A stretch of DNA of 64,000 nt, taken from the NCBI GenBank assembly GCA_027023405.1, contig JALVVN010000038.1, positions 19,333-83,332 of the forward strand, given 5' to 3'. The DNA is from Campylobacterales bacterium. GTDB taxonomy: Bacteria > Campylobacterota > Campylobacteria > Campylobacterales > QNZT01. Position 1 is the first letter of the stretch; the number at the start of each line of letters is the position of its first letter. The position numbers and the translations under genes are program-made. Positions 17,156 to 28,618 of this stretch are shown in pieces. Under the pieces are notes generated by a model. That model had not been told where the DNA came from, made no database searches, and saw only the letters and a program-made list of their open reading frames with translations.

Positions 17156-17494
17156 ATGGATTGGGGTAAAGTTGTCTATATATTTTTCGCGTTGATGAGT
17201 TTGACGACGACGGCAGGTTTTTTGGTTGATCACAATACGGTCGCGCTCTTTATTGCAGCGAGTATCAATGTCGTTTCGACACTCTTGAAGATCGGTGTCA
17301 AAAATATCCTTTCGGCGGAGTTGTTTGCCTCTTCGCTCGTGGCGGATCTGCACTTGGTCCCTGCCTATCTCTATGCGGAGTTAGCCAATGATATGTCCGC
17401 GGCTGTTGCCATGGCGGCGGGAGCGCTCTTGGCAAATCTCTTTTCAGTCGGACTTATCTATATCGAATCTGCGAAAACGAAGGAAGAGTTTTAA
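17156..17494 (+). CDS. small hydrophobic membrane protein, function unknown
   Basis: GGAGAAGAG Shine-Dalgarno upstream. 3-4 predicted TM helices. Wedged between secF and leuS, with a TAATG overlap to leuS. Confidence 0.6.
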   Translation: MDWGKVVYIFFALMSLTTTAGFLVDHNTVALFIAASINVVSTLLKIGVKNILSAELFASSLVADLHLVPAYLYAELANDMSAAVAMAAGALLANLFSVGLIYIESAKTKEEF

Positions 17495-19938
17495 TGATCT
17501 ACAAACCGCATAACATTGAGAAAAAGTGGCAAGAGAAGTGGCAGGCAGATAGGCTTTTTGAACCTTCTGAGGATAGAAGTCAAGAGAAAAAGTATATCCT
17601 CAGTATGTTTCCTTATCCAAGCGGACGAATCCATATGGGGCATGTGCGAAACTACACCATTAGTGATGCGATCGCGCGCTATTATCGTATGGAGGGGTAC
17701 AATGTACTGCACCCGTTTGGATGGGATAGTTTCGGTATGCCTGCGGAGAATGCGGCTATCAAACACAAACTTCATCCCAAAAAGTGGACCTATGAAAATA
17801 TCGACTATATGAATGAAGAGTTGCGTCGTCTAGGGCTTGGTTTCTCCAAAGAGCGAGAGTTTGCCACAAGCGATCCGCTCTATACTAAATTTGATCAGCA
17901 ATTTTTGATCGAGATGTATCAAAAGGGTCTGCTCTATGAGAAGTCTCAACGCGTAAACTGGTGCGAGAGTTGTCACACCGTCCTTGCCAATGAGCAGGTC
18001 GAGGAGGGGCGATGCTGGCGATGTGACAATGAGGTGGAGATCAAGGAGATGCCCGGTTTTTACCTCGCGATCACCCGCTATGCGCAGGAGCTACTCGATG
18101 ATCTTGCGCGCTTGGAGTCGGGCTGGCCCAAGCAAGTGTTGAAGATGCAGGAGAATTGGATTGGACGAAGTGAAGGGTTGTCGTTTCGACTCGCTTTGAG
18201 TGACGATTCTGTGCAAAAACTTGGCTCAGAGATTAAAGATTTTGAAGTCTTTACCACACGCGCCGATACCGTTTACGGTGTGACCTACTGTGCCTTGGCA
18301 CCGGAGCATCCGATTGTCGATCAACTTTTAGCACATGATGCCCTCTCTGTGGAGAGTCGCGAAAAGATTGAAGCGATGCGAAAGATTGCCGAGAGAGAGC
18401 GGGGCATGGGTGAAAAAGAGGGTGTTGCACTTGGTTTGAATGCGATACATCCGTTGACCGGAAAGGAGATCCCGCTGTGGGTTGCGAACTTTGTCTTGGT
18501 CGGTTACGGCGGCGGTGCGGTGATGAGTGTACCAGCGCACGATCAACGAGACTATGAGTTTGCCAAGCAGTACGGTTTGGGGTTGATTGAAGTGGTGCAC
18601 AATGAAGCGGCTGATCTCAGTAAAGAGGCGTGGACGGGAAGTGGAGAGATGATCCACTCTGAATCCTTCAACGGACTCCCAAACGATGAGGCACGATCGA
18701 AGATTATCGCCTACTTCGAAAAAGAGGGGCTGGGTGAGAGACGCATCAACTACAAGCTACGAGATTGGGGGATCAGTCGACAGCGCTACTGGGGTGCGCC
18801 GATCCCCTTTGTGCATTGTCCAAAGTGTGGTCTAGTGCCGGAGAAGTTTGAAAATTTACCCGTAACGCTTCCTGATGATATCGAGATCACCGGTGAGGGT
18901 AATCCGCTGGAGTCACATCCAACTTGGAAGCAGTGCAGTTGTCCTTCATGTGGTGGGGATGCCATGAGAGAGTGCGACACGATGGATACCTTTGTGCAGA
19001 GCTCATGGTATTTCTTGCGCTACTGTTCGCCAAATTTGGAAGATAAACCCTTTGCCAAAGAGGATATCGACTACTGGATGAGTGTCGATCAATATGTCGG
19101 TGGAATTGAGCATGCGATCTTGCATCTACTCTATGCCCGATTCTTTACCAAAGCCTTAAGGGATTTGGGCTATATCGAGATCGATGAGCCGTTTGAGAAT
19201 CTTTTGACGCAAGGAATGGTGCTCAAAGATGGTGCCAAGATGAGTAAATCCAAAGGCAATACGGTCGATCCAGATGCTATCGTGAAAGAGTACGGTGCTG
19301 ATACGGCAAGACTCTTTATCCTCTTTGCTGCACCGCCGCAAAAGGAGCTAGAGTGGAACGATAGTGCGGTCGAGGGCGCCTTTAAGTTTATCCGACGACT
19401 CAGCGATAGAGCAGATCATGTCGATCCTTCACTCAAAGATCAGCCTATCGCACACGATACCCTCTCTAAAGAGGAGAAGTTTGCGCGCAAAAAGGTCTAT
19501 GAAGCACTACAAAAATCACAAGAGATTTATGAGAGTAAGAGTTTTGCGTTTAATACCGTCATCGCCGCCTGTATGGAGGCGCTCAATGCTCTGGGGGCGC
19601 AGAAAAATAGCGCAGTGTGGACGGAGGGCTATTTTGTGTTGTTGCATATTTTGGAGCCAATCATTCCACATATCGCTTGGGAGTTGAGTGAATCGCTTTT
19701 TAATCGTGACAATTTCGCTCCGATTGCAATTCCCCAAGAGGTCTTTGTAGAGGATAGCGTTACGATGGCTGTATCGGTCAACGGCAAGCGACGCGAGGAG
19801 ATAGAAGTGCCTGCCGATGCAAGTAAAGAGCTGATCTTGGAGCAGGCGAAAGAGGCGGTGGCAAAGTGGTTTGAAGGGAAAACGATCGTCAAAGAGATTG
19901 TCGTACCGGGTAAATTGGTCAATTTTGTGGTGAAGTGA
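17494..19938 (+). CDS. leuS: leucine--tRNA ligase
   Basis: HMGH ([15 protein letters not shown]) and KMSKS motifs. 814 aa. Confidence 0.97.
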   Translation: MIYKPHNIEKKWQEKWQADRLFEPSEDRSQEKKYILSMFPYPSGRIHMGHVRNYTISDAIARYYRMEGYNVLHPFGWDSFGMPAENAAIKHKLHPKKWTYENIDYMNEELRRLGLGFSKEREFATSDPLYTKFDQQFLIEMYQKGLLYEKSQRVNWCESCHTVLANEQVEEGRCWRCDNEVEIKEMPGFYLAITRYAQELLDDLARLESGWPKQVLKMQENWIGRSEGLSFRLALSDDSVQKLGSEIKDFEVFTTRADTVYGVTYCALAPEHPIVDQLLAHDALSVESREKIEAMRKIAERERGMGEKEGVALGLNAIHPLTGKEIPLWVANFVLVGYGGGAVMSVPAHDQRDYEFAKQYGLGLIEVVHNEAADLSKEAWTGSGEMIHSESFNGLPNDEARSKIIAYFEKEGLGERRINYKLRDWGISRQRYWGAPIPFVHCPKCGLVPEKFENLPVTLPDDIEITGEGNPLESHPTWKQCSCPSCGGDAMRECDTMDTFVQSSWYFLRYCSPNLEDKPFAKEDIDYWMSVDQYVGGIEHAILHLLYARFFTKALRDLGYIEIDEPFENLLTQGMVLKDGAKMSKSKGNTVDPDAIVKEYGADTARLFILFAAPPQKELEWNDSAVEGAFKFIRRLSDRADHVDPSLKDQPIAHDTLSKEEKFARKKVYEALQKSQEIYESKSFAFNTVIAACMEALNALGAQKNSAVWTEGYFVLLHILEPIIPHIAWELSESLFNRDNFAPIAIPQEVFVEDSVTMAVSVNGKRREEIEVPADASKELILEQAKEAVAKWFEGKTIVKEIVVPGKLVNFVVK

Positions 19939-20447
19939 TGCGTCGCTTTGTGTGGGGTTGGATGTTTCTTTTGGCGATCATTGCGATTGGTTGTGGATAT
20001 AAACCGACTGCACTCTATACTAAAAAGAGCTTGGGTGATCGAATCTATGCCAAGGTAGAGACTTCACTCGAAGATCCGCAAAACTCCCTGCTTATTCAAG
20101 ATGCTGTCAATGAGGCGGTGATCAATAAGTTTCATTCGAAGCTTGTGGCAAGAAAGGATGCAGATACTGTGATTGATCTACAAATACGCTCAGTTATTTT
20201 TCGACCGATTGCTTTTGATCAAAACGGTTATGTAACCGCGTATAAAACCTTGGTCAAACTTCAGAGTGAGATTACGAGAAGAGATAAACCAAAGGAGACT
20301 GTTATAACTGAGGGTGACTATGATTTTAATATTCAGACGCTGAGTGTTATTTCAGATACAAAACGATTCAATGCGATTAAAGAGGCTTCGCAAAAGGCGA
20401 TTGATGCATTAATTTCCAGAGTCTCTATCGGAGGTATGCAGTTATGA
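19938..20447 (+). CDS. lptE: LPS-assembly lipoprotein LptE-like
   Basis: Lipobox LLAIIAIGC. Size is about 170 aa. Sits directly after leuS, as in many proteobacteria. Sequence identity was not checked. Confidence 0.6.
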   Translation: MRRFVWGWMFLLAIIAIGCGYKPTALYTKKSLGDRIYAKVETSLEDPQNSLLIQDAVNEAVINKFHSKLVARKDADTVIDLQIRSVIFRPIAFDQNGYVTAYKTLVKLQSEITRRDKPKETVITEGDYDFNIQTLSVISDTKRFNAIKEASQKAIDALISRVSIGGMQL

Positions 20448-21985
20448 CGGCAAATGAATTGGGGAAAGAGACGATTCGTCTGCTTGCGCAGAAGCGGTTG
20501 GTATTGACACCGCAAAATTATGAAAAACATTTTTGTGCATTAGCGGATGAAAAGGGTTTTGTTGTAGAGGATTGTCAAAAGGTTAAGAGATATATTGAGA
20601 AATTATCACCTCTTTTACAGACGGAGATAGCAAAGTATAGACCCAAAACCCAAGATGAACTCTTGATCTATCTTGTCACGACACTCAATCGACTCTCACA
20701 ATCCGGCGAAGGGAAATTCTCTTTGATGTTGATGACGCTGATTAAGCGACTGTTGCAGAGTATTACTCTTTTGCATGATAAAGAGGCGCGTGATCTTGCC
20801 AATGCATCACTCGAACGCATAGAGCGACTTGCTGATGAAAAGAGCATGGAGATCATCAAAGAGAAGTGGTTTGATTTTTTGACAGCGTATGATGATGATA
20901 TTTTAGAGCGCTTACGATTGTATGGGAACTTTAAGAATGATGATCTACACGAAATAGTAGATGAGATGGAGCAGATTCTTGCATCGCAAGATGTTGCATC
21001 GGTGTTAGAACCGATTGCAGCATTGATTGTTGCTTCACTCACACCTTCAATTGCCTCATCGATGGATGAAGCGTTGGCGGATATCAGTTATGAGCTTCGA
21101 AATTCCCCAATTCTTTTAAAAGATAAGTCATTTATTCAAAAGCTTAAAAAGCTCATTCAGCGACGCATCGAATTAGACAATGATGAGATCAAACAAAAAG
21201 TAAAAACTATTGATACGCTATTGGCAACACTCTCCAATCAGATCTTGAAGATGATGGAAAACAGTTCATTGGGGCGTGCGAAGATCAGTGAAATCAAAGA
21301 TGAATTAACGGCGTTGGAGTTTAGTAAACATAGTTTTGAGACGATCAGAGATCGCTTGGTAACGATTGTAAACTCTATTGAGGTTGAAACGCAAGAGCTC
21401 AATGAAACGATGGTGCATGAGGAGAGTGAGGTTAGAGCTCTTCGACTCAAAGTAAAAAAACTTGAGCTTGCATTGGAAAAAGCAAAAAAAGAGAGCAAAA
21501 CCGACTTTTTGACACATCTTGTTTCTAAACGGGGATTGGATGAGGAGCTCAATCGTGCTGAGAAGAGTTATGAACGCTACGGTATCGACTACTCTATCGC
21601 CTTTTTTGATTTGGATAAATTTAAGATGCTCAATGACACCTTCGGACATGAAGCGGGGGATATTGTTTTGCAAAAGGTTGGTGAGATTCTGAATCGTATC
21701 AAACGGGATGTAGATGTGATTGGCAGATATGGTGGGGAGGAGTTTTTGGCACTCTTACCCAATACACCGATCAAGGGTGCGAAGACTTTTGCACAAAAGG
21801 TAAAAAATGCCGTGAGTGACTTTAATTTTATGTATAAAGGTGAGAGATTGACGGTTACAATAAGCGGTGGCGTCGCCAATCGTAAAGATTATGCATCTCA
21901 AAAGGAGATGATCGAGGATGCTGATCGACACCTCTATCGCGCCAAAGAGGCGGGGCGTGATCGTATCTTTGGAAAAGATGACTAA
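20444..21985 (+). CDS. diguanylate cyclase (GGDEF domain, GGEEF active site) with a long coiled-coil N-terminal region
   Basis: FFDLDKFKMLNDTFGHEAGD...RYGGEEFLALLP. ATGA-type overlap with lptE. Confidence 0.85.
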   Translation: MTANELGKETIRLLAQKRLVLTPQNYEKHFCALADEKGFVVEDCQKVKRYIEKLSPLLQTEIAKYRPKTQDELLIYLVTTLNRLSQSGEGKFSLMLMTLIKRLLQSITLLHDKEARDLANASLERIERLADEKSMEIIKEKWFDFLTAYDDDILERLRLYGNFKNDDLHEIVDEMEQILASQDVASVLEPIAALIVASLTPSIASSMDEALADISYELRNSPILLKDKSFIQKLKKLIQRRIELDNDEIKQKVKTIDTLLATLSNQILKMMENSSLGRAKISEIKDELTALEFSKHSFETIRDRLVTIVNSIEVETQELNETMVHEESEVRALRLKVKKLELALEKAKKESKTDFLTHLVSKRGLDEELNRAEKSYERYGIDYSIAFFDLDKFKMLNDTFGHEAGDIVLQKVGEILNRIKRDVDVIGRYGGEEFLALLPNTPIKGAKTFAQKVKNAVSDFNFMYKGERLTVTISGGVANRKDYASQKEMIEDADRHLYRAKEAGRDRIFGKDD

Positions 21986-23156
21986 TTTCGAATATTTTCT
22001 TAATCAAAAACCGCTCTTTTATCAAGAGATCGACTATGATCGGATGCCACGCGTCTGGCAAATGATCAAGCACTATTTTAGACTTCCAAATGTAATTGTT
22101 CATATTGTCGGAACCAACGGAAAGGGAAGTACCGGTCGTTTTATGGCGCATTTCTTGCACAAAAAAAGGTATCGTGTCGGACATTACAGCTCTCCTCATA
22201 TTTTGCGCTTTAATGAACGCATTTGGGTCGATGGTCATGATGTTGAGGATGCGCAGTTACAAAAAGCGCATGAATCTCTTGTAAAGATTCTCTCCCCTGA
22301 AGATGCTCAATCGCTCAGCTACTTTGAATATACGACGCTACTAGGGATGTGGATCTTTAGTGGATGTGACTATCTTATCATGGAAGCGGGTCTTGGGGGA
22401 GAGTATGATGCGACGGCGGTGTTTGAGTCGCGTCTGACACTTGCGACAACGATTGGTCATGATCATCATGACTTTTTAGGTGATACGATTGAGCAGATTG
22501 CCCAAACAAAACTCAAAGCAACGCATAACTGCCTCCTTTTAGGCAGACAGAATGATCCGATGGTGGAAGAGATTGCACAAAAGATCACAAGAGAGAAGGG
22601 GACGATCTTTTGCCGGTATCACCCTCAGCAAGAGGCGGTGGAGATTGTCAAAAAGCTTTCACTACCTGAAGTTTTTAGTGACAATTTTTCGCTGGCACTT
22701 TGTGCTTTGGAGATGCTGGGGTTTGAGAGTGAACCGAAACATTTTGATGATCTTAAACTTGTCGGGAGAGCACAGCAGATCGCTGAAAATATCACGATCG
22801 ATGTGGGGCACAATCCATTGGCGGCACAAGCACTGCTGAAACATTTTCAAGATCAAAGCGTGACGCTTATCTTTAACAGCTATGATGACAAGGCGTTTGC
22901 AAAAAGTCTTGAAATCTTAAAGCCGATCGTGGATCGTGTAGAGATCATCGCAGTAGAGAGTGAGAGGATCACGCAAAGAGAGCGGCTTGAGTCAGTACTG
23001 AAATCGCTGGATATCCCTTATGGGGATTTTGAAAAAGTGGATCCATCACATAACTATCTTGTCTTTGGTTCTTTTCGAGTAGTGGAGGCATTTTTGCGCT
23101 ATATGGAGGGGGCAAAAGTAACGATTTGCTACAATAGTAATTCGAATTTTTCATAA
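21978..23156 (+). CDS. folC: folylpolyglutamate synthase / dihydrofolate synthase
   Basis: Mur-ligase P-loop [12 protein letters not shown] 21978 overlaps the GGDEF stop by 8 nt. Confidence 0.85.
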   Translation: MTNFEYFLNQKPLFYQEIDYDRMPRVWQMIKHYFRLPNVIVHIVGTNGKGSTGRFMAHFLHKKRYRVGHYSSPHILRFNERIWVDGHDVEDAQLQKAHESLVKILSPEDAQSLSYFEYTTLLGMWIFSGCDYLIMEAGLGGEYDATAVFESRLTLATTIGHDHHDFLGDTIEQIAQTKLKATHNCLLLGRQNDPMVEEIAQKITREKGTIFCRYHPQQEAVEIVKKLSLPEVFSDNFSLALCALEMLGFESEPKHFDDLKLVGRAQQIAENITIDVGHNPLAAQALLKHFQDQSVTLIFNSYDDKAFAKSLEILKPIVDRVEIIAVESERITQRERLESVLKSLDIPYGDFEKVDPSHNYLVFGSFRVVEAFLRYMEGAKVTICYNSNSNFS

Positions 23157-23166
23157 GGATAATTGT

Positions 23167-24699
23167 GTGAGAGCTTTAATCAGTGTCAGTGATAAAGAGG
23201 GTGTAGTATCGTTTGCCAAAGCGTTGGAGAGATTAGGATTTGAGATCGTTTCAACGGGTGGAACCTATCGACTCTTGAATCGTGAGGGTATCAAGGCGAT
23301 TGAGATTAGCGAGGTGACGAAGTTTCCAGAGATGTTTGACGGCAGAGTCAAGACACTCAATCCGCTGATCCATGGAGCGATCCTTCATCGTCGTGATTTG
23401 GAGTCGCATGTGCAGACGGCAAAAGAGTACGGTATAGAGGGGATCGATCTTGTCTGTGTCAACCTCTATCCCTTTAAAGAGACCATTGAAAAGACCGATG
23501 ATTTTGATGAGATTATCGAAAATATCGATATCGGCGGTCCGGCAATGGTGCGCAGTGCGGCAAAGAATTTTCAAGATGTCTTGATCGTGACCGATCGAGA
23601 GGATTATGAGACTGTGGTTGGGCGATTGGAGTCGGGTGAGATTGATCTTGCGTTTCGACGCTCACTCATGATCAAAGCGTTTGAGCATACGGCAAGTTAT
23701 GATGCGATGATTGCCAACTATATGAACGGGCGATTTTCAGAGGGATTTGGCGATCATCAGTTTATCGTCGGGAAGAAAGTTTTTGATACACGATATGGTG
23801 AAAATCCGCATCAAAAAGGGGCGCTTTACGCATTTGATGACTATTTTGAGAAAAATTTTCATGCGCTTAAGGGTGAAGCGAGTTTTAACAATATGACCGA
23901 TATCAACGGTGCCGTCAAGATCGCCACTTCATTCGGTGATGCACCTGCCGTGGCGATCATCAAGCATGCCAACCCATGCGGTTTTGCGCTCAAAGAGAAT
24001 CTCTATGAGAGCTATGTCGAAGCGCTCAAGTGTGATCCGATCTCTGCCTTTGGCGGTGTGGTAGCGATCAACGGCGAACTCGATGAGAAGTTAGCCCAAA
24101 AGATGAATGAAATCTTTTTGGAGGTGATCATCGCCGCAAGCGTGACAGATGAGGCGCTCAAAGTGTTTGAATCCAAAAAGAGAATCAAGATCTTTACCCA
24201 AAATCGACCCACGCTGCAACTGAGTAATGATCCGTATGACTTCAAGCATATCGACGGCGGTTTTGTCTATCAAAATAGTGATAAAGTAGAAAAATCCGAA
24301 GTGAGAGATGCCAAGTGTGTCACAAAAAAAGAGGCGAGCGATCGGGAGATGGCTGATCTAGAGATCGCCTACAAGATTGCCTCATTGACCAAATCAAATT
24401 GTGTTGTCTATGTCAAAAATGGTGCGATGGTTGCGATCGGAATGGGTATGACTAGCCGTGTCGATGCCGCCAAATGTGCACTCGAAAAAGCAAGATCACT
24501 GGACCTTGATGTACAAGGAAGTGCCTTGGCAAGTGAAGCATTTTTCCCATTTAGAGACAGTATCGATGCTGCCGCTGAAGTGGGTGTGAGCGCAGTCATT
24601 GAGCCGGGCGGAAGTATTCGTGACGATGAAGTGATTGAAGCGGCAAATGAACATGGAATGAGCCTCTATTTTAGTAGTGTGAGACATTTTTTACATTAA
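23167..24699 (+). CDS. purH: bifunctional AICAR transformylase / IMP cyclohydrolase
   Basis: MGS-like N-terminal domain ([11 protein letters not shown]) plus an AICARFT domain. 510 aa, GTG start. Confidence 0.97.
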   Translation: MRALISVSDKEGVVSFAKALERLGFEIVSTGGTYRLLNREGIKAIEISEVTKFPEMFDGRVKTLNPLIHGAILHRRDLESHVQTAKEYGIEGIDLVCVNLYPFKETIEKTDDFDEIIENIDIGGPAMVRSAAKNFQDVLIVTDREDYETVVGRLESGEIDLAFRRSLMIKAFEHTASYDAMIANYMNGRFSEGFGDHQFIVGKKVFDTRYGENPHQKGALYAFDDYFEKNFHALKGEASFNNMTDINGAVKIATSFGDAPAVAIIKHANPCGFALKENLYESYVEALKCDPISAFGGVVAINGELDEKLAQKMNEIFLEVIIAASVTDEALKVFESKKRIKIFTQNRPTLQLSNDPYDFKHIDGGFVYQNSDKVEKSEVRDAKCVTKKEASDREMADLEIAYKIASLTKSNCVVYVKNGAMVAIGMGMTSRVDAAKCALEKARSLDLDVQGSALASEAFFPFRDSIDAAAEVGVSAVIEPGGSIRDDEVIEAANEHGMSLYFSSVRHFLH

Positions 24700-24709
24700 A
24701 AAATAGTAT

Positions 24710-24738
24710 AGGGCACCGCAAAGCAGTGCCCTCTTTTT
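24710..24738. terminator. bidirectional rho-independent terminator between convergent genes
   Basis: AGGGCAC-9 nt loop-GTGCCCT followed by CTTTTT. An A-rich tract upstream serves the opposite strand. Confidence 0.6.
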
Positions 24739-25492
24739 AACTCAATGCCTTTGCAATTTTTGTCCAAAGTGTAAGTACTCTAACAGATGGAATGGTTGTT
24801 TGTGTACCTGTTTTTTTCGTAAACTTCTCTAGCTCATTGTGAAGCGTTTCCGGTCTGCTGGCAGCTAATTCCGAGAGTGAAGAGATCCCAATCGTTTGAA
24901 GTAGTTTAGAACCTTTTGAATCCATCAAAGGTAGTTTAAGCAGATCAGACATTCCGACAAATGAACGCAATTTTTCAGGTGTGATCTGAATACCGCCGGC
25001 GATTTGTTTGATATCTGTAGCATTTTTTATTTTTTGTGTAAGCTCTTTTGTTGTGTTGATACCCAATGATTGTAATGCCTTGATCTCTTGCGGTTCGATA
25101 CCTGCAAGTTTCTCCAGTGGATAACTATCTTGCAGATCAGGTGCTTTGGCAAAGTCGATCTCATCCAATTTTGAATAGAGTTCGATTTTGTGGTCATCCA
25201 ATTTGATACCTCTTTGTGAAAAGAGTTGTTTGAGGTTGTTAAAATTATTTGCCTGGGAGCTATTATTGACGGGTTGAGACTCTTTTTTAAGTGTTGCTTG
25301 CTCCGGCGAATAATGATGATTGGTGCTGGATTTTGCATAGTCACTTTCTAGTGCACCTAGGCGTAGACGCCACTCCTCTTCGCATTTTTTTACTGCATTA
25401 CTACAGTTACCTCGCAAAAACCATCCAATGATGGCGCCGATCAAGCCTGCGATAAGCAGGCAGACTAAGATTTGTGCTAGTAAAAAACTCAT
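24737..25492 (-). CDS. membrane-anchored protein with helix-hairpin-helix-like (DUF4332-type) repeats
   Basis: N-terminal TM LLAQILVCLLIAGLIGAIIGWFL. LAGIEPQEIKALQSLGINTTKEL and LLQTIGISSLSELAASRPETL repeats. Start overlaps the upstream stop. Confidence 0.5.
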   Translation of the reverse strand: MSFLLAQILVCLLIAGLIGAIIGWFLRGNCSNAVKKCEEEWRLRLGALESDYAKSSTNHHYSPEQATLKKESQPVNNSSQANNFNNLKQLFSQRGIKLDDHKIELYSKLDEIDFAKAPDLQDSYPLEKLAGIEPQEIKALQSLGINTTKELTQKIKNATDIKQIAGGIQITPEKLRSFVGMSDLLKLPLMDSKGSKLLQTIGISSLSELAASRPETLHNELEKFTKKTGTQTTIPSVRVLTLWTKIAKALS

Positions 25493-26790
25493 TATTTTTC
25501 TCCTTTTTTGATATGAAATTCGATGCGTCTATTTTGTTTTCGTCCCGCTTCAGTCATATTGCTAGCGACAGGATCTGATTCACCATACCCTTTTGCATCT
25601 AACATTGAGGTAGGAATACCGTGTTTTACTAAATAGTGCTTCACATTTTCAGCGCGTCTTTGACTTAAGCGTTTATTATAAGATGCTCTTCCTCTTGAGT
25701 CTGTATAACCTGCGATTTCAATCTGCTTCTTCTCTCCAATACATTGTGTCAAGAGATGGGTGATTTGATTGAGTACGCTGTAACTCTCTTTTTTGATTGT
25801 AGCGCGATTGTAATCAAAATAGATTTTGTCATGTTGTTGTAGACCTACGAGTGCTTGAGCGCAAAGCGTTGCTTGATTTTGCTCTCTTGCTTGTGTCGTC
25901 TGATGTGTTTGAGCCGTTTTTTTGTGAGGTGTGGCTTGTGTTTTATGTGCAACTTGTTTTGTAGAAGCTATTGGCTCTATTGGTGCCGTAACAATATAGT
26001 CTCCCCTATAGCGTCCATAGTGGTTATTTGGATCAGACATCACTTTTTTGATACCTTCCAAAAATGCTATCTTCTTTTGCGTTGAAGAGAGATGCCCTTT
26101 AAAGAGATAGGCATTATCTGTAATATTCATATCTCCATAGTCCACTTCACTCAACTTCTCAAGTCCAAATTGACTCATGTAACTCCAATCTTTCGGTGCG
26201 CCTTTTGCAACTTTGAGTTTTTCATGAATCTTTTTTTTGTCAAAGAGTTTTTTAGCCTGATCGAGCAGTGCTTGACGGATTTCTTTAGAGGGGACTTCAC
26301 CCTCCATAAAAAGCTCAGATTTTGCATTTTTAACAAAGTGGATATGATAATCTCTCGTTTGTGAGACTTGCGGTTCATGTACTTTTTCTTGACTATTTTT
26401 TGCGATCGGTGCACTCTGATTTTGATCCGTTTGGGCAACTTTCATCGGTGCGGTCTTTTCGATCTCTTTTGGTGTATTTGCGACTGTGGCTTTTTCTACG
26501 GAAATCTCATTTTGCACACCACCTACACCGTCAATACCTGCGACAATCCTCTCTGCATCCATTTTGGCTTCCGGAGATGGAGCACTACCGGTAAGTTGGA
26601 TAATATTGGTTGCACGAAGATCCTCTCCGACAAGTCGCGGCTTGACCCAATCATAACCCTCTATATTCAATGTTGAATCTACTTTGTTAAGTAGATTTGA
26701 TTGAATAGTGTTCGCTTTGCTCTGGAAACAGAAGAAGCTAAGAATGGCTATCAATATTAGCCCTAAAAGTGCCAATAATAACTTTCTCAT
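25492..26790 (-). CDS. BON-domain / OmpA-family peptidoglycan-binding protein
   Basis: Signal/anchor sequence, then BON-like IIQLTGSAPSPEAKMDAERIVAGIDGVGGVQNEISV. C-terminal OmpA_C is IAGYTDSRGRASYNKRLSQRRAENV...NRRIEF. Confidence 0.8.
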   Translation of the reverse strand: MRKLLLALLGLILIAILSFFCFQSKANTIQSNLLNKVDSTLNIEGYDWVKPRLVGEDLRATNIIQLTGSAPSPEAKMDAERIVAGIDGVGGVQNEISVEKATVANTPKEIEKTAPMKVAQTDQNQSAPIAKNSQEKVHEPQVSQTRDYHIHFVKNAKSELFMEGEVPSKEIRQALLDQAKKLFDKKKIHEKLKVAKGAPKDWSYMSQFGLEKLSEVDYGDMNITDNAYLFKGHLSSTQKKIAFLEGIKKVMSDPNNHYGRYRGDYIVTAPIEPIASTKQVAHKTQATPHKKTAQTHQTTQAREQNQATLCAQALVGLQQHDKIYFDYNRATIKKESYSVLNQITHLLTQCIGEKKQIEIAGYTDSRGRASYNKRLSQRRAENVKHYLVKHGIPTSMLDAKGYGESDPVASNMTEAGRKQNRRIEFHIKKGEK

Positions 26791-26942
26791 TCATATCCTT
26801 TGTATAAATTTTGGAAATTGAACCCAATGAGAAAATTTTAACTAAGTTAACTTAAGGGAACCTCTAAAAACACTTGATACTTATAATGGGCTTAGCAGAT
26901 TTAAGATTTTGCATGAGGCTTTCAAGTCCTAATTCAAGTATA

Positions 26943-27347
26943 TTATGGCACTTGAAATTCGAGTTTAATTTGGTGTTTCTCTTCAACAAGTTTGCTCAGC
27001 TCTTGCATGAGCTCTTGCGGGGTAGTACCGTCATCAGGGTAGGTAACGATAGTATCATGGAACTCCTCACCTAAAAAATCTTGTAACCCTGATAGGAGCT
27101 TTTGTGCTCCGTTCCAATCCGTTTTGGGAAGTAAAATGATATAGTTATTCTCTACTTCAAAGATAATGTCACTATTACGAAAAATAATTTGTACCGATTT
27201 TTTGATCTCAATATCTTCAATATTGTCTAGTTTGAGAAAGATAAGGCTAAAAGCTTCAAACTCTTCATGTTGGAAACGATTCAGTAGGGCTATATGATGT
27301 GCAAGTAGAGCTTCTAGCATTTGAGTATTTTCAAATCGCATTGCCAT
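26943..27347 (-). CDS. small stand-alone degenerate GGDEF-like domain protein (no GGDEF motif)
   Basis: FSLIFLKLDN...RNSDIIFEVENNYIILLPKTDWNGAQKLL aligns by eye to a GGDEF fold with GGDEF replaced by ENNYI. Lies 20 nt downstream of the kinase gene. Confidence 0.5.
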   Translation of the reverse strand: MAMRFENTQMLEALLAHHIALLNRFQHEEFEAFSLIFLKLDNIEDIEIKKSVQIIFRNSDIIFEVENNYIILLPKTDWNGAQKLLSGLQDFLGEEFHDTIVTYPDDGTTPQELMQELSKLVEEKHQIKLEFQVP

Positions 27348-27367
27348 CTTTTCCTCCTTCTATTATT

Positions 27368-28618
27368 CTATACTATCGGCTGAAGATTCACAAACTTAAA
27401 TATATTGTATCCATTACTATACTCATACTCCAATTTCATGTGGTGTGCGAGTAAGATACTATCGACGATATAGAGCCCCAATCCAAAACTCTCCGATGAA
27501 GATTTCTGCTCTCCCTGAGTAAAGGGTTCGGTATAGTAGGAGAGTTGATTAGGGAGTTTTCTCCCTAATGTCGCAAATTGAATCGATTTGAAGTTAGCAG
27601 AGATTTTGACACGATGATCGGTGGAGTATTTGATACCGTTATCGATCATGTTTTTAATTGCAACCGTAAAGAGTTTAAAGTCCACCTTGAGACTCAGATC
27701 GCTTTGAATCATCTTCTCAATATGTTCAGGGTTCGCCATAGAGATATCGATTGCCTCGTCGATGAGATCAATGACACGGTAGATCCGTCTTCGCATGTGT
27801 TGACCGTTGACGGAAATCTGTTCGATGGCGGTAAACTCATTCAGAAGGCTCTCCAATCGAATAAAAGTAGAGATGAGCCGATCTTTCTGTTTCCCGTCTT
27901 CAAGCATCTCGGCTGTAATTCTACCTTTGGTGATAGGTGTTTTTAGTTCATGCATAATGTTGCGCAAGAAGAGGCGTCTTGAGTTGTTAAGCTGTCTAAT
28001 TTGTGAAACGGCATAGTTAAAGGCATTACCGAGTTCTGCGATTTCATTCTCTTCATCCATTTGGCAATGGATATCGAGATCGCCGTTAGCAAATTTATCC
28101 ATTTGGGCTTTTATTTTTCGAATCGGTTTGAGTTTTTTGAGGGTCATGATATAGGTCAGCAGTAAAATGATTGCAATGGCGCCAAAAATGAGCTGAATAT
28201 AGAGAATTTGTGTCACATAGGGTTTAAATGCCATATCCTCCATCAAGATAGAGTGACCGTTGGAAGACTCAATCAAGAGGTAGTTGTTGGCTTTGTGATA
28301 ATAGATACTACTACTACCGATCCGAAGTGTAACTTTTTGTAAGATTTCGCCATTTTGAACGATATCTTTGATCTTATTTTGATCGACGATCACTTTGACT
28401 CTGTAGATTTTTTGTAGTTCTTTGATAAAGGATTTATCAATCGGTTGGGAGATGAGTTTGTAGAGTGCAAAACGCGCAACAATGGAGTAGCGCTCATTGA
28501 GCTCTTTGTTATATTTTTGTTTATCGTACTTCACAAGATTGAAGTAAGCAACCAAGACACCGAGTGCGGCGATGAGGAAGATAAAGGTAATACTATAAAA
28601 AATTGAAGATTTTTTCAT
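27368..28618 (-). CDS. two-component sensor histidine kinase (2 TM, HAMP, HisKA, HATPase_c)
   Basis: H-box MHELKTPITK, N-box IDNGIKYS, G-box GLGLYIV. Overlaps the RR stop by 4 nt. Confidence 0.85.
   Translation of the reverse strand: MKKSSIFYSITFIFLIAALGVLVAYFNLVKYDKQKYNKELNERYSIVARFALYKLISQPIDKSFIKELQKIYRVKVIVDQNKIKDIVQNGEILQKVTLRIGSSSIYYHKANNYLLIESSNGHSILMEDMAFKPYVTQILYIQLIFGAIAIILLLTYIMTLKKLKPIRKIKAQMDKFANGDLDIHCQMDEENEIAELGNAFNYAVSQIRQLNNSRRLFLRNIMHELKTPITKGRITAEMLEDGKQKDRLISTFIRLESLLNEFTAIEQISVNGQHMRRRIYRVIDLIDEAIDISMANPEHIEKMIQSDLSLKVDFKLFTVAIKNMIDNGIKYSTDHRVKISANFKSIQFATLGRKLPNQLSYYTEPFTQGEQKSSSESFGLGLYIVDSILLAHHMKLEYEYSNGYNIFKFVNLQPIV

Noticed and set aside
26838-26856. Palindromes TTAACTAAGTTAA and CTTAAG upstream of the BON/OmpA gene, considered as a definite operator
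   Set aside because: They are short, AT-rich palindromes in AT-rich DNA, so chance occurrence is plausible. OmpR-family regulators usually use direct repeats. I mention them only as a test target under the TCS finding.
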